From assembly GCF_009914755.1 (NCBI RefSeq), contig NC_060947.1: a stretch of DNA of 64,000 bases; one strand, written 5' to 3'. The DNA comes from the human T2T-CHM13v2.0 reference genome, Homo sapiens. Below, piece after piece: positions 56,987 through 64,000 of this stretch. The translations under genes were made by a program, and so were the position numbers. The notes beneath the pieces were generated by a model, which was not told the DNA's origin, searched no databases, and saw nothing but the letters and a program-made list of their open reading frames with translations. Numbering within the stretch: position 1 is the first letter of the stretch; the number at the start of each line of letters is the position of its first letter.

Positions 56987-57404
56987 TCTTCAATGCAAGA
57001 CCCAGACATCATTTCCTTAAGCCCTGGGCAGGGCTGAACTTGCCAGATGTATACAGCAGTGGCTTCCATGAGTTTTCCGACACTTCTTTCATCATCCTTT
57101 CATTCCTTACTATATACTGTCTTTGTTGTACATGCCTTTTACATCCCATCCACCACCAAATACTTTCTAAGATTTCTTCTTTAGATACGTATTTTGAAGT
57201 GTTTCCTTTTTCTTTTCCATTACCAGTCTTCAATGATGCATTCTAAGATTACCATCGTGGAGAGATCAAACAGGAGACTGTCACCAGACTCTCACATTCC
57301 AGTCTCTTTCTCTGTCCTCCCGGAAAAATCTTTAAACCTTATGCTATTTCTATGTTCAAAATGTCATATATAATACCTAGCCTATATTAACATCCTTTAC
57401 CAAA

Positions 57405-57840
57405 TGTGGCAAAGACTCCTAGTGTCTTATCCATAATTCTTCTCCTCTTATTTTTTCATTTAAAAAGCCCTAGTTTTGTTCAGGTTAGCAAGGTACCTGG
57501 TTAAAACAATAACAACAACAAAAACATTACATTTGTAATACTTCCTTGAAAATATGGATTGCCTACCCATTACAGTAAGAAGAAAACACTGGATGAGCTC
57601 CTAGAAAAATCTATTTAAATAGGGCTAACTTAGCTAGGAAAGCTAGACTGTGGACTTGACTGATATTCCAGCAACCATCTTGTAATTATGAGAAGAATGG
57701 AATTCATGCACTAAGGAGCAGAAAGATAGAAGGCACTTGTCTCTGAGGACTTCATGGAGCTGCCATGACATCTCTGAATTCTAGAATTATTTTTGCTAGA
57801 GAAATAAGTCTAAGCCAAATATAGGCATTTTCTGACTAAC
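57405..57840 (+). mobile_element. Old MLT1 (J/L-like) LTR
   Basis: tgtggcaaagact...ttttgttcagg...ccatcttg...ggagctgccatg...gagaaataa; highly degraded. Confidence 0.45.
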
Positions 57841-59080
57841 CTCAATAATCCATCATAGAAAATAAGACATGATACATGAAAATGCTAATGATGTCTAGTT
57901 CCCATTATTTTAAATGAGAAAAATCATGGGTTTAAAGGTCAACGAAAACCATCTGACCAATTTCTTGAAACAAAACTAAAACACAGTAAATTGCCAATAT
58001 GCAAATAACAATTGTGTTGATTTGTAAAATACTCAAAATATCACTTTCTAATATACAAACAATCAATACTGTTGTTAACAAACAATTGGACCTTCCACTT
58101 GCAGCCAAAATTGAGTAAGGAGTACCAGATTCACTGAACCAACCAAAACAACCAAAAAAGTACACAAAAATATATGAAACAACAGTTTTTAAGACATTAG
58201 ACATCATGTAAAAAAGGACAGTGATTCCTGAGATCTGAGAAACAAATGAGGTAAACCCTACCATTGGCCCAGCTTACTAACTTCAAATAAATTCCAGGCT
58301 GAAGTACAGAGAAGAGGAACTGAGGCAGAGCCAGAAAAATTCCCTGAGTTGAGGAGATGTGGCTGAAGATCTGGCAAGAATCAATGACCTCAGCTTCAAC
58401 CTTAAGAAACTGGAAAAATACGAGCATTATCAAAAGTAAACATAAGAAAAAAAATAATAAAGTTCAGACAAAAAAATGGACTAGAAAAGAGAAAAACAAT
58501 AGAAAAATAATCATAAAACTATTAGTTGGTTTTTGGAGAAAATCAATAAAATTGATAAAACTCTTGCCAGGTTGATCAGGAAAAAGAGCTAGAGCTAGAG
58601 GTGGAGGTAGAGAGAGACAGAAAGAAAGAGAAGACAAATTATCAACATCAGGAATGAGAGAAATGATAGCACTATAGATTCTATAGATAAAGAACGTTAT
58701 GAACTACTTTATGCAAATAAATTTGATAAATTAGAATAAATAGACACATTTTTTGAAAGGAACAAACTACCAAAACTCACAAAGAAATAGATAATTTAAA
58801 TAGCCATATATCTATTTTAAATATGTAGTAAAAACTCTTCTCACAAAAAATCCTCAGAAGTAGATGCCTTCATTGGAGAGTTCTACCAAACATGTAAGTA
58901 AGAAATAACAATTCTTCACAAACTCTTTCACAAAATGGGTGACCATAAACAAGTATACAAGAAAATGCTCAACCTGATTAGTCATTAGGGAAATAAAAAT
59001 TAGAACCACAATGAGAAGTATCTCATACTCCATACTATGCTCCATACATATTAGCATAGCCCAAATTAAAAGATAGACCA

Positions 59081-59378
59081 GGCCAGGCATGATGGCTCAT
59101 GCCTGTAATGCCAGCACTTTGGAAGTCCTGAGACGGGAGGATCACCTGAGCCCAGTAGTTTGAGACCAGCCTGGGCAACATAATGAGAAACCCTGTCTCT
59201 ACAAACAAAACAAAATGAAAAAACAACCATTAGCCAGGTGTGGTGGCACATGCCTGTATTCCCAGCTATTTGGGAGGCTGAGGTGGGAAGATCACTTAAA
59301 ATCAGTAGTCTGAGGCTACAGTGAGCTATGATCACACTACTGCACTCCAGCCCAGGTGACAGAGTGAGTGAGACCCAC
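59081..59378 (+). mobile_element. AluJ-type SINE without a poly-A tail
   Basis: ggccaggcatgatggctcatgcctgtaat...gggaggatcacctgagccc...gtgagctatgatcacactactgcactccagcc. Confidence 0.9.
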
Positions 59379-59391
59379 CCCCGCCAGCCCC

Positions 59392-59394
59392 CTC

Positions 59395-59431
<37 letters not shown>

Positions 59432-59537
59432 ATACATATATATAATATATGTATATGTATATATGTATATATACATATACATATATACACATATATATAC
59501 ACACACATATATATTTTATATATATATATATATATAT
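59392..59537. repeat. Compound (CT)n then (TA/CA)n microsatellite at the Alu 3' end
   Basis: Seen directly. Confidence 0.93.
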
Positions 59538-59587
59538 TACTTCTGGTGGGAATTTAAAATGGTACAACCACATTGGAAAACATTTTT

Positions 59588-60352
59588 TGTTGTTGCTGTT
59601 ATTTGAATAGCTTTAAAGGTACTAGTAGTTTTTGGCTACATGGATGAATTGTATAGCAGTGAAATCTCAGCTTTTAGTGTACCCATCACCCCATTGGTGT
59701 ACGTTGGACTCAACAGGTGATTTTTCATCTCTCGACCCCCCACCCTCCCCACTTCTGAGCCTCCAATGTCCATTACACTATTCTGTATGCCTTTGCAAAC
59801 CCATAGCTTACCTCCCACTTATAAGTGAGAATATGCGGTATTTTGTTTTCCATTCCCGAGTTACTTTAATTAGGATAATGGCCTCTAGCTCCACCCAAGT
59901 TGCTGCAAAATACATGATTTTATTCTTTTTTATAGCTGAGTAGTATTCCATGGTGTGTGTGTGTGTGTGTATGTATATATATATATATCACATTTTCTTT
60001 AGCCACTCATCTGTTGATGGGCACTTAGGTTGATTTCATATCTCTGCAATTGTGAAATGTGCTATGATAAACATATGTGTGTAGGTGTCTTTTTGATATA
60101 ATGACTTATTTTCCTTTGCGTGGATACCCAGTAGTGGGATTGATGAATTGAATGGTAGATCTACTTTAGTTCTTTGAGAAATTTCTATTCTGTTTTCCAT
60201 AGAGGTTATACTACTAATTTACATTCCTACAAGCAGTGTATAAATACTGCCTTTTCACCACAGCTGCACCAATATCTATTGTTTTTTGACTTTTTAATAA
60301 TGGCCATTCTGGCTGGGATAAGGTGGTATCTCATTGTGGTTTTAATTTGCAA
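59588..60352 (-). mobile_element. 5'-truncated L1PB2/3-like element
   Basis: Antisense L1 3' end (ctcccacttataagtgagaatatgcggtattt; tagtattccatggtg); perfect 14-bp TSD tggaaaacattttt at 59574-59587 and 60353-60366. Confidence 0.9.
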
Positions 60353-61244
60353 TGGAAAACATTTTTGATGGGTTTTTAAAAAAAGTTAAATATACACCTA
60401 GCCATATGACCCAGCATTTTACAATAGGTATTTACCCAAGGGAAAAATAAGAGTATATGATTATGCAAATACTTGTATAGGTAGATCATAGGAGCTTTTT
60501 TTTTTCATAATAGCCAGAAACCAGATATAACCCAGATGTCCATCAGCTGGTGAGTTAAATAATCAATTATGAAGTATTTATATAATGGAATACTACTCAG
60601 CAGTAAAATGGAATGAACTATTGATATACAGTGAATCTCAAAATAAATATGCTGAGTGACAGAAGCTGGACAAAAAAGTGTATATTAGTATATATCGTAT
60701 GATTCTATTTACATAACATTCTACAAAAGGCAATTTAATTTATAGTGATAGATAACAGATCAACGCTTTTCCAGGTAGGGAGGTTTGGAGCTGTGAGGGA
60801 AATGAGGGAGTTATTCTAAAGGAACACAAGGAGACTTTCAAAGTGATGAACATTTTTATTGTTTTGATTGTGGTTTTGGTTTCATGTATGTCAAAATTAC
60901 CAAATAGTATACTTTAAACAGTTGCAGGTTATCATATGCCAACTATATCTCAATAGAGTTGTTTTTTAGAAAGCAATTGTTTTATTTTCAGTTTCTCAAC
61001 TTTTCCTAGCATCAGTAGCATGATAGCTTTACATCCCCTTTGTCATCTCTTTTCAAAATGTCTGCTTCACATATTATGACATTTTACCAATTGTATTTGG
61101 AATGTTTCTTGAAACTTCCCTGACACATTATTTTGTTTTAAAATGTTACAAATGTTTAGATGTTAGAAATTGTCTTAATATAATTTTTACTATAGAAATA
61201 TAAGGCAAAAAATGATCTACAAATGCAAGGTATAATACTTACAT

Positions 61245-61840
61245 TTATAACTTGGGTTCAGCAGAAAGCAGAGCTGAGGCTTCTGGAGCTATTTGCTTGC
61301 ACTTTATTAGGGATACAATTCTGGGGAGCAGGAGAGAAACAAAGAGAGTGGAGCAGCTAAAGGAGAACAAATACACAATTGTGCTGTTGAACTTACTGTT
61401 GCTAAGTGCAGCAGAATGCTAGATTTGTGAAACTCGGCCTCCAAGAAGCTATCTCTATAAAGTACATTCAAGGACTCTACTGGGGGCAATATGTGGACAA
61501 AAAGGAAGGATTTATCCACTGGTTCCTGTTTCCCACTGGCCAAAGGTTTACTCCACAGGATATTAATTTGTCTATACTTCTGGATTATGTAGGCCAGGGT
61601 GAGGGCACAGGGCAGTGAACCAAAAAGAGAGGCTTTAGGAGCAGGCAGGAGGCGATGACACTCTCTGCTTGGGACTGTGTAAAGAAAAGCCCTCATTGAG
61701 CTGCCTGCCACCACAAAAGCTGAAAAAATAAAGAAAGAAAGAAAGAAAGAAGAAAAAAAGAAAAATAAAAAGAAAAAAGGGAAAAAAGCGTGAAGCTAAG
61801 AAAGAGGATCTGAAATGATGCAGCAGAGATATCTGAAACA
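61245..61840 (-). mobile_element. Ancient ERVL-class LTR (degraded) containing an A-rich/(GAAA)n tract
   Basis: cttgggttcagcagaaagcagagctgagg...tttattagggatacaattctggggagcagg start; A-rich tract at 61722-61788. Confidence 0.4.
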
Positions 61841-62575
61841 TGTATGTTCTATAGCTATTAAGAACAGCAGTAAGCCTAAAACAAAGTTTTTTTTCTATGT
61901 CCTAGGTATCATATGCAACCTATAGCTCATCCTATTTGACATATGTATCCTACTAATTTGTTTTACGTGAGTACACTCTTAATCATGCTTGTGGCACTCA
62001 TCTCTGAGGTACACTAAATTTACTTGGATCACTTTTATAAACCATTGACATCTGTGCTCCATCACACAGCAATCAAAACAGAACACCTGAGATGGGCTGA
62101 GTATCACTATTTGTAAAGACTTCCAAGTGATCCTAATGTGTAGCCAGGGTAGAGAATCATTGAATCACTTCAGTCTCCCAGGTGTCCACTGTATGTTCCA
62201 TGTTTTTACCAATTCCAAATACTATTCACACCTTCACTACTTAATAGAATGCTACTTTCTTTCTCTAAGTTCTACCCATTATTCAGAGTTCATTTTAAAT
62301 CTTATCTCACCTACATATCTTTTCCTAACCATTTTATCCTTCATGGTTTTTCCCTTATTTGACTCCATCATCTGTATTAGCAAAGCATCTTCTATATCCA
62401 CCTTAGCAGTCTGTAGTAAAACCCTTTTTTATTTCTTTCCCAACTTAATTGCTTTCCTCTTACCTTCAACTTTTGGAATCCTCAATGTTAACACACACAT
62501 GTTCTCAACACAAAGATTTCAGGATAAGATTCCCCTGAAAATTGTGTTAGTTCTGTTTATTTTGAACAAGTTCAA

Positions 62576-63042
62576 TGGGGCCAACAGATTTTAAGATGGT
62601 CCAATAATCTCTGCTTTTGTAAGTCCATGTCCTTGTATAATCCTTTCCCCTTGAATGTAGGTGAAATCTGTGACTTGCTTCTGACCAAAAAAATATGGCA
62701 AAGGTGATAAGATGTCATTCCCATGATTATGTTTCATTATATAAGGCTCCATCTTATTAACAGTCTCCTTCAATTACTGGTTTTGAAGAAGTTTCTATGA
62801 ATTCTACAGTCACAAAGAATACACCCTGGGAGAACTTGGAAGTAAATAATTCCTCACTTAAGCCTCTGATGAGAACCCGGTCTGGCTGATACTTTGATTC
62901 CAGCCTCGTGAAACCCTAAGCAGAGGACCAAGTTAAGCAGTGCTCTGACTTTGGACTTACTAAAACCAGGATATTACATGTGTGCTGCTTTAAGCCATTA
63001 AGTTTGTAGTAATTTGGGACATAGCAATAAAAAATTAATACA
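62576..63042 (+). mobile_element. MLT1E-like 5' LTR
   Basis: agattttaagatggtcc...tataatcctttccccttgaatgtagg...tttaagccattaagtttgtagtaattt...gcaataaaaaattaataca. Confidence 0.85.
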
Positions 63043-63688
63043 TACTTTGGTACTAGAAATGGGATGCTTTTTATCTGAAGTGGAATTCTGTTGTAAAATA
63101 CCTAAAAATGTAAGAGTAGCTTTAGAATTGGGTGGGTGCACACTGGAAGAATTTGGAGAACAACGGAGAAAGTATAAATTGCCTTGAGTGGACTGTTAGT
63201 GGAAATCTAAAATTGAAGCATGCTCCTGGTAAGGGTGAGAGCTCAGAAGAAGTGAGGAATAAGCCATTGAAAACTGGAGGAAAGAGAAACTCTTGCTAAG
63301 TAGAAGAAAACTCAGAATTGTCTCCTGCATTTATATGTAAAGCAGAACGTGTAAGTGATGAACCTGTTTATCTAGTTAAGGAAATTTACAAAAGAAGTAT
63401 TGAAGGTGCTATCTCGTTTCTTCTTGTTGCTTACAATAAAATGTGAGAAGAGAGAAATAAATCAAAAGAAGAACAAAAATGAACAAGAACTTGATGATTT
63501 TGAAAATCCAGTCTCTTCAAATGGCAAAAAGTTAATGGCTGAAATTAAGATGGCTTGGTCTAGAGAAAAATTTGACCATATGACTCTACAACTTTTCACT
63601 AAAAGTTCAGAAAAATCAAAATATCAGAATATTCAGCCACACAAAGGACGCTTTCAAGAGATTAAGGGAGTGGCTCACAAATCTTAAT
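63043..63688 (+). mobile_element. MLT1-int (truncated)
   Basis: tttggtactagaaatggg...aaatacctaaaaatgtaagagtagctttagaattggg parallels the THE1-int start at 17535. Confidence 0.78.
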
Positions 63689-64000
63689 CTGTAGGGCTTT
63701 CGTGCTCTGGTATAATCCCTTCCCCTTGAATGTTGGTGGAATCCGTGATTTGCTTCTAACCAGTAGAATATTGGAAAGGTGATAGATTACCACTCCTATG
63801 ATTGTGTTCTGTTATATAAGACTCCATTTTGCTAGTAGTCTCATTTTCTTCATTGCTGGCTTTGAAGAAGAAAGCTTTCATGAATCCTACACATACAAGG
63901 AAATGAATTCTGCCAACCTAAGGGAGCTTGAAAGTAGATCCTTCTTCAGTCAAGCTTCTGATGAGAACTCAGTCCTGATAAACATCTTGATTGGAGCTTT
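63689..64000 (+). mobile_element. Second MLT1E-like LTR (5' end missing, runs off the window)
   Basis: gtataatcccttccccttgaatgt...ttgcttctaacca...ttatataagactccat...atgaatcctaca is a direct repeat of about 62633-62900. Confidence 0.85.

Larger units (their letters stand above)
58090..60970 (+). mobile_element. Old L1M (MD/ME-type) element, heavily deleted and interrupted
   Basis: 5' UTR-like 58090-58370; ORF2 remnants (aaatcaataaaattgataaaactcttgccag) 58375-58935; 3' parts at 58935-59080, 59540-59587 and 60353-60970. Confidence 0.72.

Noticed and set aside
62127-62594. 155-aa hydrophobic ORF (also 49721-50282 and 56818-57246)
   Set aside because: No recognisable domain or exon structure; the composition reflects T-rich or simple-repeat DNA, and the 62127 ORF has a non-ATG start in MER5-like sequence.

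Overview
This window is primate (most likely human) non-coding, repeat-rich genomic DNA. I find no intact protein-coding gene, RNA gene, CRISPR array or host CpG-island promoter. The long ORFs in the track are LINE-1 fragments or chance ORFs. The dominant structure is a 13.8-kb three-layer nested insertion. A THE1 (MaLR) provirus with both LTRs and a perfect 5-bp target-site duplication (TSD, GAACT) is interrupted by an L1PB element. That L1PB is in turn interrupted, in the endonuclease region of ORF2, by a full-length ~6.1-kb L1PA4 with a 10-bp TSD (AAAGAAACAA). All L1 ORFs are inactivated. Elsewhere are an ERV-L integrase/dUTPase relic, an ERVL LTR nested in an ERV1 LTR (5-bp and 4-bp TSDs), an MLT1 LTR-int-LTR remnant, a hAT transposase relic, MER5A/MER58/Tigger2a DNA transposons, several Alus, MIR/L2 fragments and microsatellites. 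I did not find a convincing previously undescribed biological system. The findings concern transposon chronology, retained regulatory motifs and a few small unexplained repeats. Subfamily names come from recalled consensus sequences, and boundaries not fixed by a TSD are approximate; both need Dfam/RepeatMasker confirmation.
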